Of a stretch of DNA of 64,000 nt, positions 12,201 to 27,500 are shown piece after piece; within the stretch, counting starts at the first letter, position 1, and each line of letters opens with the position of its first letter. Origin of the DNA: Auanema rhodensis (taxonomy: Eukaryota; Animalia; Nematoda); contig OZ059900.1 of NCBI GenBank assembly GCA_964057225.1, positions 18,724,001 through 18,788,000 on the forward strand, given 5' to 3'. A program made the position numbers and the translations under genes. The notes beneath the pieces were generated by a model. It had not been told where the DNA came from. It made no database searches and saw only the letters and a list, made by a program, of their open reading frames with translations.

Positions 12201-14708
12201 TAGTTCCTTTTTCACGACAAAAAAACAGGGGTTAGAAAATTAAGGAAATTAGCATATTCTGAGGGCACGCCCCTTATGGCTAATATTGATTAAATCGATT
12301 TTTGTTCATATGAGTCGTCAAATGCAACGAATTTCAGCGTGTTACATACTAAAATGAAGCATTTTACATGCTGAACACTAGAAAAATACAAAAACACAGT
12401 ATTTCCCATGAGAAATATTTTATTATGCTGGAAAACCAGTTTTTGGAAATTTCGCTGTAAACAAGGTTTTGACTTACGATTTCATGTGTTCAAACTCATG
12501 CAATGTCAATGAAACCTAGCTCAAAAATGTTCGTACAACGTCTAGTTCCACTTTCACGACAAAAAAACAGGGGTTAGAAAATTAAGGAAATTAGCATATT
12601 CTGAGGGCACGCCCCTTATGGCTAATATTGATTAAATCGATTTTTGTTCATATGAGTCGTCAAATGCAACGAATTTCAGCGTGTTACATACTAAAATGAA
12701 GCATTTTACATGCTGAACACTAGAAGAATACAAAAACACAGTATTTCCCATGAGAAATATTTTATTATGCTGGAAAACCAGTTTTTGGAAATTTCGCTGT
12801 AAACAAGGTTTTGACTTACGATTTCATGTGTTCAAACTCATGCAATGTCAATGAAACCTAGCTCAAAAATGTTCGTACAACGTCTAGTTCCACTTTCACG
12901 ACAAAAAAACAGGGGTTAGAAAATTAAGGAAATTAGCATATTCTGAGGGCACGCCCCTTATGGCTAATATTGATTAAATCGATTTTTGTTCATATGAGTC
13001 GTCAAATGCAACGAATTTCAGCGTGTTACATACTAAAATGAAGCATTTTACATGCTGAACACTAGAAAAATACAAAAACACAGTATTTCCCATGAGAAAT
13101 ATTTTATTATGCTGGAAAACCAGTTTTTGGAAATTTCGCTGTAAACAAGGTTTTGACTTACGATTTCATGTGTTCAAACTCATGCAATGTCAATGAAACC
13201 TAGCTCAAAAATGTTCGTACAACGTCTAGTTCCACTTTCACGACAAAAAAACAGGGGTTAGAAAATTAAGGAAATTAGCATATTCTGAGGGCACGCCCCT
13301 TATGGCTAATATTGATTAAATCGATTTTTGTTCATATGAGTCGTCAAATGCAACGAATTTCAGCGTGTTACATACTAAAATGAAGCATTTTACATGCTGA
13401 ACACTAGAAAAATACAAAAACACAGTATTTCCCATGAGAAATATTTTATTATGCTGGAAAACCAGTTTTTGGAAATTTCGCTGTAAACAAGGTTTTGACT
13501 TACGATTTCATGTGTTCAAACTCATGCAATGTCAATGAAACCTAGCTCAAAAATGTTCGTACAACGTCTAGTTCCACTTTCACGACAAAAAAACAGGGGT
13601 TAGAAAATTAAGGAAATTAGCATATTCTGAGGGCACGCCCCTTATGGCTAATATTGATTAAATCGATTTTTGTTCATATGAGTCGTCAAATGCAACGAAT
13701 TTCAGCGTGTTACATACTAAAATGAAGCATTTTACATGCTGAACACTAGAAGAATACAAAAACACAGTATTTCCCATGAGAAATATTTTATTATGCTGGA
13801 AAACCAGTTTTTGGAAATTTCGCTGTAAACAAGGTTTTGACTTACGATTTCATGTGTTCAAACTCATGCAATGTCAATGAAACCTAGCTCAAAAATGTTC
13901 GTACAACGTCTAGTTCCACTTTCACGACAAAAAAACAGGGGTTAGAAAATTAAGGAAATTAGCATATTCTGAGGGCACGCCCCTTATGGCTAATATTGAT
14001 TAAATCGATTTTTGTTCATATGAGTCGTCAAATGCAACGAATTTCAGCGTGTTACATACTAAAATGAAGCATTTTACATGCTGAACACTAGAAAAATACA
14101 AAAACACAGTATTTCCCATGAGAAATATTTTATTATGCTGGAAAACCAGTTTTTGGAAATTTCGCTGTAAACAAGGTTTTGACTTACGATTTCATGTGTT
14201 CAAACTCATGCAATGTCAATGAAACCTAGCTCAAAAATGTTCGTACAACGTCTAGTTCCACTTTCACGACAAAAAAACAGGGGTTAGAAAATTAAGGAAA
14301 TTAGCATATTCTGAGGGCACGCCCCTTATGGCTAATATTGATTAAATCGATTTTTGTTCATATGAGTCGTCAAATGCAACGAATTTCAGCGTGTTACATA
14401 CTAAAATGAAGCATTTTACATGCTGAACACTAGAAAAATACAAAAACACAGTATTTCCCATGAGAAATATTTTATTATGCTGGAAAACCAGTTTTTGGAA
14501 ATTTCGCTGTAAACAAGGTTTTGACTTACGATTTCATGTGTTCAAACTCATGCAATGTCAATGAAACCTAGCTCAAAAATGTTCGTACAACGTCTAGTTC
14601 CACTTTCACGACAAAAAAACAGGGGTTAGAAAATTAAGGAAATTAGCATATTCTGAGGGCACGCACCTTATGGCTAATATTGATTAAATCGATTTTTGTT
14701 CATATGAG
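9237..14708. repeat. Homogenised sub-array of 16 consecutive monomers carrying A213
   Basis: CTCAAAAATGTTCG replaces CTCAAAATTGTTCG in every monomer M28-M43 and was not seen elsewhere. Confidence 0.9.
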
Positions 14709-17700
14709 TCGTCAAATGCAACGAATTTCAGCGTGTTACATACTAAAATGAAGCATTTTACATGCTGAACACTAAAAAAATACAAAAACACAGTATTTCC
14801 CATGAGAAATATTTTATTATGCTGGAAAACCAGTTTTTGGAAATTTCGCTGTAAACAAGGTTTTGACTTACGATTTCATGTGTTCAAACTCATGCAATGT
14901 CAATGAAACCTAGCTCAAAATTGTTCGTACAACGTCTAGTTCCACTTTCACGACAAAAAAACAGGGGTTAGAAAATTAAGGAAATTAGCATATTCTGAGG
15001 GCACGCCCCTTATGGCTAATATTGATTAAATCGATTTTTGTTCATATGATTCGTCAAATGCAACGAATTTTAGCGTGTTACATACTAAAATGAAGCATTT
15101 TACATGCTGAACACTAGAAGAATACAAAAACACAGTATTTCCCATGAGAAATATTTTATTATGCTGGAAAACCAGTTTTTGGAAATTTCGCTGTAAACAA
15201 GGTTTTGACTTACGATTTCATGTGTTCAAACTCATGCAATGTCAATGAAACCTAGCTCAAAATTGTTCGTACAACGTCTAGTTCCACTTTCACGACAAAA
15301 AAACAGGGGTTAGAAAATTAAGGAAATTAGCATATTCTGAGGGCACGCCCCTTATGGCTAATATTGATTAAATCGATTTTTGTTCATATGAGTCGTCAAA
15401 TGCAACGAATTTCAGCGTGTTACATACTAAAATGAAGCATTTTACATGCTGAACACTAGAAAAATACAAAAACACAGTATTTCCCATGAGAAATATTTTA
15501 TTATGCTTGAAAACCATTTTTTGGAAATTTCGCTGTAAACAAGGTTTTGACTTACGATTTCATGTGTTCAAACTCATGCAATGTCAATGAAACCTAGCTC
15601 AAAATTGTTCGTACAACGTCTAGTTCCACTTTCACGACAAAAAAACAGGGGTTAGAAAATTAAGGAAATTAGCATATTCTGAGGGCACGCCCCTTATGGC
15701 TAATATTGATTAAATCGATTTTTGTTCATATGAGTCGTCAAATGCAACGAATTTCAGCGTGTTACATACTAAAATGAAGCATTTTACATGCTGAACACTA
15801 GAAAAATACAAAAACACAGTATTTCCCATGAGAAATATTTTATTATGCTGGAAAACCAGTTTTTGGAAATTTCGCTGTAAACAAGGTTTTGACTTACGAT
15901 TTCATGTGTTCAAACTCATGCAATGTCAATGAAACCTAGCTCAAAATTGTTCGTACAACGTCTAGTTCCACTTTCACGACAAAAAAACAGGGGTTAGAAA
16001 ATTAAGGAAATTAGCATATTCTGAGGGCACGCCCCTTATGGCTAATATTGATTAAATCGATTTTTGTTCATATGAGTCGTCAAATGCAACGAATTTCAGC
16101 GTGTTACATACTAAAATGAAGCATTTTACATGCTGAACACTAGAAGAATACAAAAACACAGTATTTCCCATGAGAAATATTTTATTATGCTGGAAAACCA
16201 GTTTTTGGAAATTTCGCTGTAAACAAGGTTTTGACTTACGATTTCATGTGTTCAAACTCATGCAATGTCAATGAAACCTAGCTCAAAATTGTTTGTACAA
16301 CGTCTAGTTCCACTTTCACGACAAAAAAACAGGGGTTAGAAAATTAAGGAAATTAGCATATTCTGAGGGCACGCCCCTTATGGCTAATATTGATTAAATC
16401 GATTTTTGTTCATATGAGTCGTCAAATGCAACGAATTTCAGGGTGTTACATACTAAAATGAAGCATTTTACATGCTGAACACTAGAAAAATACAAAAACA
16501 CAGTATTTCCCATGAGAAATATTTTATTATGCTGGAAAACCAGTTTTTGGAAATTTCGCTGTAAACAAGGTTTTGACTTACGATTTCATGTGTTCAAACT
16601 CATGCAATGTCAATGAAACTTAGCTCAAAATTGTTCGTACAACGTCTAGTTCCACTTTCACGACAAAAAAACAGGGGTTAGAAAATTAAGGAAATTAGCA
16701 TATTCTGAGGGCACGCCCCTTATGGCTAATATTGATTAAATCGATTTTTGTTCATATGAGTCGTCAAATGCAACGAATTTCAGCGTGTTACATACTAAAA
16801 TGAAGCATTTCACATGCTGAACACTAGAAGAATACAAAAACACAGTATTTCCCATGAGAAATATTTTATTATGCTGGAAAACCAGTTTTTGGAAATTTCG
16901 CTGTAAACAAGGTTTTGACTTACGATTTCATGTGTTCAAACTCATGCAATGTCAATGAAACCTAGCTCAAAATTGTTTGTACAACGTCTAGTTCCACTTT
17001 CACGACAAAAAAACAGGGGTTAGAAAATTAAGGAAATTAGCATATTCTGAGGGCACGCCCCTTATGGCTAATATTGATTAAATCGATTTTTGTTCATATG
17101 AGTCGTCAAATGCAACGAATTTCAGCGTGTTACATACTAAAATGAAGCATTTTACATGCTGAACACTAGAAAAATACAAAAACACAGTATTTCCCATGAG
17201 AAATATTTTATTATGCTGGAAAACCAGTTTTTGGAAATTTCGCTGTAAACAAGGTTTTGACTTACGATTTCATGTGTTCAAACTCATGCAATGTCAATGA
17301 AACTTAGCTCAAAATTGTTCGTACAACGTCTAGTTCCACTTTCACGACAAAAAAACAGGGGTTAGAAAATTAAGGAAATTAGCATATTCTGAGGGCACGC
17401 CCCTTATGGCTAATATTGATTAAATCGATTTTTGTTCATATGAGTCGTCAAATGCAACGAATTTCAGCGTGTTACATACTAAAATGAAGCATTTCACATG
17501 CTGAACACTAGAAGAATACAAAAACACAGTATTTCCCATGAGAAATATTTTATTATGCTGGAAAACCAGTTTTTGGAAATTTCGCTGTAAACAAGGTTTT
17601 GACTTACGATTTCATGTGTTCAAACTCATGCAATGTCAATGAAACCTAGCTCAAAATTGTTCGTACAACGTCTAGTTCCACTTTCACGACAAAAAAACAG

Positions 17701-19495
17701 GGGTTAGAAAATTAAGGAAATTAGCATATTCTGAGGGCACGCCCCTTATGGCTAATATTGATTAAATCGATTTTTGTTCATATGAGTCGTCAAATGCAAC
17801 GAATTTCAGCGTGTTACATACTAAAATGAACCATTTTACATGCTGAACACTAGAAAAATACAAAAACACAGTATTTCCCATGAGAAATATTTTATTATGC
17901 TGGAAAACCAGTTTTTGGAAATTTCGCTGTAAACAAGGTTTTGACTTACGATTTCATGTGTTCAAACTCATGCAATGTCAATGAAACCTAGCTCAAAATT
18001 GTTCGTACAACGTCTAGTTCCACTTTCACGACAAAAAAACAGGGGTTAGAAAATTAAGGAAATTAGCATATTCTGAGGGCACGCCCCTTATGGCTAATAT
18101 TGATTAAATCGATTTTTGTTCATATGAGTCGTCAAATGCAACGAATTTCAGCGTGTTACATACTAAAATGAAGCATTTTACATGCTGAACACTAGAAAAA
18201 TACAAAAACACAGTATTTCCCATGAGAAATATTTTATTATGCTGGAAAACCAGTTTTTGGAAATTTCGCTGTAAACAAGGTTTTGACTTACGATTTCATG
18301 TGTTCAAACTCATGCAATGTCAATGAAACCTAGCTCAAAATTGTTCGTACAACGTCTAGTTCCACTTTCACGACAAAAAAACAGGGGTTAGAAAATTAAG
18401 GAAATTAGCATATTCTGAGGGCACGCCCCTTATGGCTAATATTGATTAAATCGATTTTTGTTCATATGAGTCGTCAAATGCAACGAATTTCAGCGTGTTA
18501 CATACTAAAATGAAGCATTTTACATGCTGAACACTAGAAAAATACAAAAACACAGTATTTCCCATGAGAAATATTTTATTATGCTGGAAAACCAGTTTTT
18601 GGAAATTTCGCTGTAAACAAGGTTTTGACTTACGATTTCATGTGTTCAAACTCATGCAATGTCAATGAAACCTAGCTCAAAATTGTTCGTACAACGTCTA
18701 GTTCCACTTTCACGACAAAAAAACAGGGGTTAGAAAATTAAGGAAATTAGCATATTCTGAGGGCACGCCCCTTATGGCTAATATTGATTAAATCGATTTT
18801 TGTTCATATGAGTCGTCAAATGCAACGAATTTCAGCGTGTTACATACTAAAATGAAGCATTTTATATGCTGAACACTAGAAAAATACAAAAACACAGTAT
18901 TTCCCATGAGAAATATTTTATTATGCTGGAAAACCAGTTTTTGGAAATTTCGCTGTAACCAAGGTTTTGACTTACGATTTCATGTGTTCAAACTCATGCA
19001 ATGTCAATGAAACCTAGCTCAAAATTGTTCGTACAACGTCTAGTTCCACTTTCACGACAAAAAAACAGGGGTTAGAAAATTAAGGAAATTAGCATATTCT
19101 GAGGGCACGCCCCTTATGGCTAATATTGATTAAATCGATTTTTGTTCATATGAGTCGTCAAATGCAACGAATTTCAGCGTGTTACATACTAAAATGAAGC
19201 ATTTTACATGCTGAACACTAGAAAAATACAAAATCACAGTATTTCCCATGAGAAATATTTTATTATGCTGGAAAACCAGTTTTTGGAAATTTCGCTGTAA
19301 ACAAGGTTTTGACTTACGATTTCATGTGTTCAAACTCATGCAATGTCAATGAAACCTAGCTCAAAATTGTTCCTACAACGTCTAGTTCCACTTTCACGAC
19401 AAAAAACAGGGGTTAGAAAATTAAGGAAATTAGCATATTCTGAGGGCACGCCCCTTATGGCTAATATTGATTAAATCGATTTTTGTTCATATGAG

Positions 19496-21546
19496 TCGTC
19501 AAATGCAACGAATTTCAGCGTGTTACATACTAAAATGAAGCATTTTACATGCTGAACACTACAAAAATACAAAAACACAGTATTTCCCATGAGAAATATT
19601 TTATTATGCTGGAAAACCAGTTTTTGGAAATTTCGCTGTAAACAAGGTTTTGACTTACGATTTCATGTGTTCAAACTCATGCAATGTCAATGAAACCTAG
19701 CTCAAAATTGTTCGTACAACGTCTAGTTCCACTTTCACGACAAAAAAACAGGGGTTAGAAAATTAAGGAAATTAGCATATTCTGAGGGCACGCCCCTTAT
19801 GGCTAATATTGATTAAATCGATTTTTGTTCATATGATTCGTCAAATGCAACGAATTTTAGCGTGTTACATACTTAAATGAAGCATTTTACATGCTGAACA
19901 CTAGAAAAAAACAAAAACACAGTATTTCCCATGAGAAATATTTTATTATGCTGGAAAACCAGTTTTTGGAAATTTCGCTGTAAACAAGGTTTTGACTTAC
20001 GATTTCATGTGTTCAAACTCATGCAATGTCAATGAAACTTAGCTCAAAATTGTTCGTACAACGTCTAGTTCCACTTTCACGACAAAAAAACAGGGGTTAG
20101 AAAATTAAGGAAATTAGCATATTCTGAGGGCACGCCCCTTATGGCTAATATTGATTAAATCGATTTTTGTTCATATGAGTCGTCAAATGCAACGAATTTC
20201 AGCGTGTTACATACTGAAATGAAGCATTTTACATGCTGAACACTAGAAAAATACAAAAACACAGTATTTCCCATGAGAAATATTTTATTATGCTTGAAAA
20301 CCAGTTTTTGGAAATTTCGCTGTAAACAAGGTTTTGACTTACGATTTCATGTGTTCAAACTCATGCAATGTCAATGAAACCTAGCTCAAAATTGTTCGTA
20401 CAACGTCTAGTTCCACTTTCACGACAAAAAAACAGGGGTTAGAAAATTAAGGAAATTAGCATATTCTGAGGGCACGCCCCTTATGGCTAATATTGATTAA
20501 ATCGATTTTTGTTCATATGAGTCGTCAAATGCAACGAATTTCAGCGTGTTACATACTAAAATGAAGCATTTTACATGCTGAACACTAGAAAAATACAAAA
20601 ACACAGTATTTCCCATGAGAAATATTTTATTATGCTGGAAAACCAGTTTTTGGAAATTTCGCTGTAAACAAGGTTTTGACTTACGATTTCATGTGTTCAA
20701 ACTCATGCAATGTCAATGAAACCTAGCTCAAAATTGTTCGTACAACGTCTAGTTCCACTTTCACGACAAAAAAACAGGGGTTAGAAAATTAAGGAAATTA
20801 GCATATTCTGAGGGCACGCCCCTTATGGCTAATATTGATTAAATCGATTTTTGTTCATATGATTCGTCAAATGCAACGAATTTTAGCGTGTTACATACTT
20901 AAATGAAGCATTTTACATGCTGAACACTAGAAAAAAACAAAAACACAGTATTTCCCATGAGAAATATTTTATTATGCTGGAAAACCAGTTTTTGGAAATT
21001 TCGCTGTAAACAAGGTTTTGACTTACGATTTCATGTGTTCAAACTCATGCAATGTCAATGAAACTTAGCTCAAAATTGTTCGTACAACGTCTAGTTCCAC
21101 TTTCACGACAAAAAAACAGGGGTTAGAAAATTAAGGAAATTAGCATATTCTGAGGGCACGCCCCTTATGGCTAATATTGATTAAATCGATTTTTGTTCAT
21201 ATGAGTCGTCAAATGCAACGAATTTCAGCGTGTTACATACTGAAATGAAGCATTTTACATGCTGAACACTAGAAAAATACAAAAACAAGTATTTCCCATG
21301 AGAAATATTTTATTATGCTTGAAAACCAGTTTTTGGAAATTTCGCTGTAAACAAGGTTTTGACTTACGATTTCATGTGTTCAAACTCATGCAATGTCAAT
21401 GAAACCTAGCTCAAAATTGTTCGTACAACGTCTAGTTCCACTTTCACGACAAAAAAACAGGGGTTAGAAAATTAAGGAAATTAGCATATTCTGAGGGCAC
21501 GCCCCTTATGGCTAATATTGATTAAATCGATTTTTGTTCATATGAG
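19496..21546. repeat. 3-monomer (1026 bp) tandem duplication
   Basis: [T342],[T21+T37+A73+T202],[G37+T116] occurs in M58-60 and again in M61-63. Confidence 0.85.
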
Positions 21547-24500
21547 TCGTCAAATGCAACGAATTTCAGCGTGTTACATACTAAAATGAAGCATTTCACA
21601 TGCTGAACACTAGAAGAATACAAAAACACAGTATTTCCCATGAGAAATATTTTATTATGCTGGAAAACCAGTTTTTGGAAATTTCGCTGTAAACAAGGTT
21701 TTGACTTACGATTTCATGTGTTCAAACTCATGCAATGTCAATGAAACCTAGCTCAAAATTGTTTGTACAACGTCTAGTTCCACTTTCACGACAAAAAAAC
21801 AGGGGTTAGAAAATTAAGGAAATTAGCATATTCTGAGGGCACGCCCCTTATGGCTAATATTGATTAAATCGATTTTTGTTCATATGAGTCGTCAAATGCA
21901 ACGAATTTCAGCGTGTTACATACTAAAATGAAGCATTTTACATGCTGAACACTAGAAAAATACAAAAACACAGTATTTCCCATGAGAAATATTTTATTAT
22001 GCTGGAAAACCAGTTTTTGGAAATTTCGCTGTAAACAAGGTTTTGACTTACGATTTCATGTGTTCAAACTCATGCAATGTCAATGAAACCTAGCTCAAAA
22101 TTGTTCGTACAACGTCTAGTTCCACTTTCACGACAAAAAAACAGGGGTTAGAAAATTAAGGAAATTAGCATATTCTGAGGGCACGCCCCTTATGGCTAAT
22201 ATTGATTAAATCGATTTTTGTTCATATGAGTCGTCAAATGCAACGAATTTCAGCGTGTTACATACTAAAATGAAGCATTTCACATGCTGAACACTAGAAG
22301 AATACAAAAACACAGTATTTCCCATGAGAAATATTTTATTATGCTGGAAAACCAGTTTTTGGAAATTTCGCTGTAAACAAGGTTTTGACTTACGATTTCA
22401 TGTGTTCAAACTCATGCAATGTCAATGAAACCTAGCTCAAAATTGTTCGTACAACGTCTAGTTCCACTTTCACGACAAAAAAACAGGGGTTAGAAAATTA
22501 AGGAAATTAGCATATTCTGAGGGCACGCCCCTTATGGCTAATATTGATTAAATCGATTTTTGTTCATATGAGTCGTCAAATGCAACGAATTTCAGCGTGT
22601 TACATACTAAAATGAACCATTTTACATGCTGAACACTAGAAAAATACAAAAACACAGTATTTCCCATGAGAAATATTTTATTATGCTGGAAAACCAGTTT
22701 TTGGAAATTTCGCTGTAAACAAGGTTTTGACTTACGATTTCATGTGTTCAAACTCATGCAATGTCAATGAAACCTAGCTCAAAATTGTTCGTACAACGTC
22801 TAGTTCCACTTTCACGACAAAAAAACAGGGGTTAGAAAATTAAGGAAATTAGCATATTCTGAGGGCACGCCCCTTATGGCTAATATTGATTAAATCGATT
22901 TTTGTTCATATGAGTCGTCAAATGCAACGAATTTCAGCGTGTTACATACTAAAATGAAGCATTTTACATGCTGAACACTAGAAAAATACAAAAACACAGT
23001 ATTTCCCATGAGAAATATTTTATTATGCTGGAAAACCAGTTTTTGGAAATTTCGCTGTAAACAAGGTTTTGACTTACGATTTCATGTGTTCAAACTCATG
23101 CAATGTCAATGAAACCTAGCTCAAAATTGTTCGTACAACGTCTAGTTCCACTTTCACGACAAAAAAACAGGGGTTAGAAAATTAAGGAAATTAGCATATT
23201 CTGAGGGCACGCCCCTTATGGCTAATATTGATTAAATCGATTTTTGTTCATATGAGTCGTCAAATGCAACGAATTTCAGCGTGTTACATACTAAAATGAA
23301 GCATTTTACATGCTGAACACTAGAAAAATACAAAAACACAGTATTTCCCATGAGAAATATTTTATTATGCTGGAAAACCAGTTTTTGGAAATTTCGCTGT
23401 AAACAAGGTTTTGACTTACGATTTCATGTGTTCAAACTCATGCAATGTCAATGAAACCTAGCTCAAAATTGTTCGTACAACGTCTAGTTCCACTTTCACG
23501 ACAAAAAAACAGGGGTTAGAAAATTAAGGAAATTAGCATATTCTGAGGGCACGCCCCTTATGGCTAATATTGATTAAATCGATTTTTGTTCATATGAGTC
23601 GTCAAATGCAACGAATTTCAGCGTGTTACATACTAAAATGAAGCATTTTACATGCTGAACACTAGAAAAATACAAAAACACAGTATTTCCCATGAGAAAT
23701 ATTTTATTATGCTGGAAAACCAGTTTTTGGAAATTTCGCTGTAAACAAGGTTTTGACTTACGATTTCATGTGTTCAAACTCATGCAATGTCAATGAAACC
23801 TAGCTCAAATTTGTTCGTACAACGTCTAGTTCCACTTTCACGACAAAAAAACAGGGGTTAGAAAATTAAGGAAATTAGCATATTCTGAGGGCACGCCCCT
23901 TATGGCTAATATTGATTAAATCGATTTTTGTTCATATGAGTCGTCAAATGCAACGAATTTCAGCGTGTTACATACTAAAATGAAGCATTTTACATGCTGA
24001 ACACTAGAAAAATACAAAAACACAGTATTTCCCATGAGAAATATTTTATTATGCTGGAAAACCAGTTTTTGGAAATTTCGCTGTAAACAAGGTTTTGACT
24101 TACGATTTCATGTGTTCAAACTCATGCAATGTCAATGAAACCTAGCTCAAAATTGTTCGTACAACGTCTAGTTCCACTTTCACGACAAAAAAACAGGGGT
24201 TAGAAAATTAAGGAAATTAGCATATTCTGAGGGCACGCCCCTTATGGCTAATATTGATTAAATCGATTTTTGTTCATATGAGTCGTCAAATGCAACGAAT
24301 TTCAGCGTGTTACATACTAAAATGAAGCATTTTACATGCTGAACACTAGAAAAATACAAAAACACAGTATTTCCCATGAGAAATATTTTATTATGCTGGA
24401 AAACCAGTTTTTGGAAATTTCGCTGTAAACAAGGTTTTGACTTACGATTTCATGTGTTCAAACTCATGCAATGTCAATGAAACCTAGCTCAAAATTGTTC

Positions 24501-27500
24501 GTACAACGTCTAGTTCCACTTTCACGACAAAAAAACAGGGGTTAGAAAATTAAGGAAATTAGCATATTCTGAGGGCACGCCCCTTATGGCTAATATTGAT
24601 TAAATCGATTTTTGTTCATATGAGTCGTCAAATGCAACGAATTTCAGCGTGTTACATACTAAAATGAACCATTTTACATGCTGAACACTAGAAAAATACA
24701 AAAACACAGTATTTCCCATGAGAAATATTTTATTATGCTGGAAAACCAGTTTTTGGAAATTTCGCTGTAACCAAGGTTTTGACTTACGATTTCATGTGTT
24801 TAAACTCATGCAATGTCAATGAAACCTAGCTCAAAATTGTTCGTACAACGTCTAGTTCCACTTTCACGACAAAAAAACAGGGGTTAGAAAATTAAGGAAA
24901 TTAGCATATTCTGAGGGCACGCCCCTTATGGCTAATATTGATTAAATCGATTTTTGTTCATATGAGTCGTCAAATGCAACGAATTTCAGCGTGTTACATA
25001 CTAAAATGAAGCATTTTACATGCTGAACACTAGAAAAATACAAAAACACAGTATTTCCCATGAGAAATATTTTATTATGCTGGAAAACCAGTTTTTGGAA
25101 ATTTCGCTGTAAACAAGGTTTTGACTTACGATTTCATGTGTTCAAACTCATGCACTGTCAATGAAACCTAGCTCAAAATTGTTCGTACAACGTCTAGTTC
25201 CACTTTCACGACAAAAAAACAGGGGTTAGGAAATTAAGGAAATTAGCATATTCTGAGGGCACGCCCCTTATGGCTAATATTGATTAAATCGATTTTTGTT
25301 CATATGAGTCGTCAAATGCAACGAATTTCAGCGTGTTACATACTTAAATGAAGCATTTTACATGCTGAACACTAGAAAAATACAAAAACACAGTATTTCC
25401 CATGAGAAATATTTTATTATGCTGGAAAACCAGTTTTTGGAAATTTCGCTGTAAACAAGGTTTTGACTTACGATTTCATGTGTTCAAACTCATGCAATGT
25501 CAATGAAACCTAGCTCAAAATTGTTCGTACAACGTCTAGTTCCACTTTCACGACAAAAAAACAGGGGTTAGAAAATTAAGGAAATTAGCATATTCTGAGG
25601 GCACGCCCCTTATGGCTAATATTGATTAAATCGATTTTTGTTCATATGAGTCGTCAAATGCAACGAATTTCAGCGTGTTACATACTTAAATGAAGCATTT
25701 TACATGCTGAACACTAGAAAAATACAAAAACACAGTATTTCCCATGAGAAATATTTTATTATGCTGGAAAACCAGTTTTTGGAAATTTCGCTGTAACCAA
25801 GGTTTTGACTTACGATTTCATGTGTTCAAACTCATGCAATGTCAATGAAACCTAGCTCAAAATTGTTCGTACAACGTCTAGTTCCACTTTCACGACAAAA
25901 AAACAGGGGTTAGAAAATTAAGGAAATTAGCATATTCTGAGGGCACGCCCCTTATGGCTAATATTGATTAAATCGATTTTTGTTCATATGAGTCGTCAAA
26001 TGCAACGAATTTCAGCGTGTTACATACTTAAATGAAGCATTTTACATGCTGAACACTAGAAAAATACAAAAACACAGTATTTCCCATGAGAAATATTTTA
26101 TTATGCTGGAAAACCAGTTTTTGGAAATTTCGCTGTAACCAAGGTTTTGACTTACGATTTCATGTGTTCAAACTCATGCAATGTCAATGAAACCTAGCTC
26201 AAAATTGTTCGTACAACGTCTAGTTCCACTTTCACGACAAAAAAACAGGGGTTAGAAAATTAAGGAAATTAGCATATTCTGAGGGCACGCCCCTTATGGC
26301 TAATATTGATTAAATCGATTTTTGTTCATATGAGTCGTCAAATGCAACGAATTTCAGCGTGTTACATACTAAAATGAAGCATTTTACATGCTGAACACTA
26401 GAAAAATACAAAAACACAGTATTTCCCATGAGAAATATTTTATTATGCTGGAAAACCAGTTTTTGGAAATTTCGCTGTAAACAAAGTTTTGACTTACGAT
26501 TTCATGTGTTCAAACTCATGCAATGTCAATGAAACCTAGCTCAAAATTGTTCGTACAACGTCTAGTTCCACTTTCACGACAAAAAAACAAGGGTTAGAAA
26601 ATTAAGGAAATTAGCATATTCTGAGGGCACGCCCCTTATGGCTAATATTGATTAAATCGATTTTTGTTCATATGAGTCGTCAAATGCAACGAATTTCAGC
26701 GTGTTACATACTAAAATAAAGCATTTTACATGCTGAACACTAGAAAAATACAAAAACACAGTATTTCCCATGAGAAATATTTTATTATGCTGGAAAACCA
26801 GTTTTTGGAAATTTCGCTGTAAACAAGGTTTTGACTTACGATTTCATGTGTTTAAACTCATGCAATGTCAATGAAACCTAGCTCAAAATTGTTCGTACAA
26901 CGTCTAGTTCCACTTTCACGACAAAAAAACAGGGGTTAGAAAATTAAGGAAATTAGCATATTCTGAGGGCACGCCCCTTATGGCTAATATTGATTAAATC
27001 GATTTTTGTTCATATGAGTCGTCAAATGCAACGAATTTCAGCGTGTTACATACTAAAATGAAGCATTTTACATGCTGAACACTAGAAAAATACAAAAACA
27101 CAGTATTTCCCATGAGAAATATTTTATTATGCTGGAAAACCAGTTTTTGGAAATTTCGCTGTAAACAAGGTTTTGACTTACGATTTCATGTGTTCAAACT
27201 CATGCAATGTCAATGAAACCTAGCTCAAAATTGTTCGTACAACGTCTAGTTCCACTTTCACGACAAAAAAACAGGGGTTAGAAAATTAAGGAAATTAGCA
27301 TATTCTGAGGGCACGCCCCTTATGGCTAATATTGATTAAATCGATTTTTGTTCATATGAGTCGTCAAATGCAACGAATTTCAGCGTGTTACATACTAAAA
27401 TAAAGCATTTTACATGCTGAACACTAGAAAAATACAAAAACACAGTATTTCCCATGAGAAATATTTTATTATGCTGGAAAACCGGTTTTTGGAAATTTCG

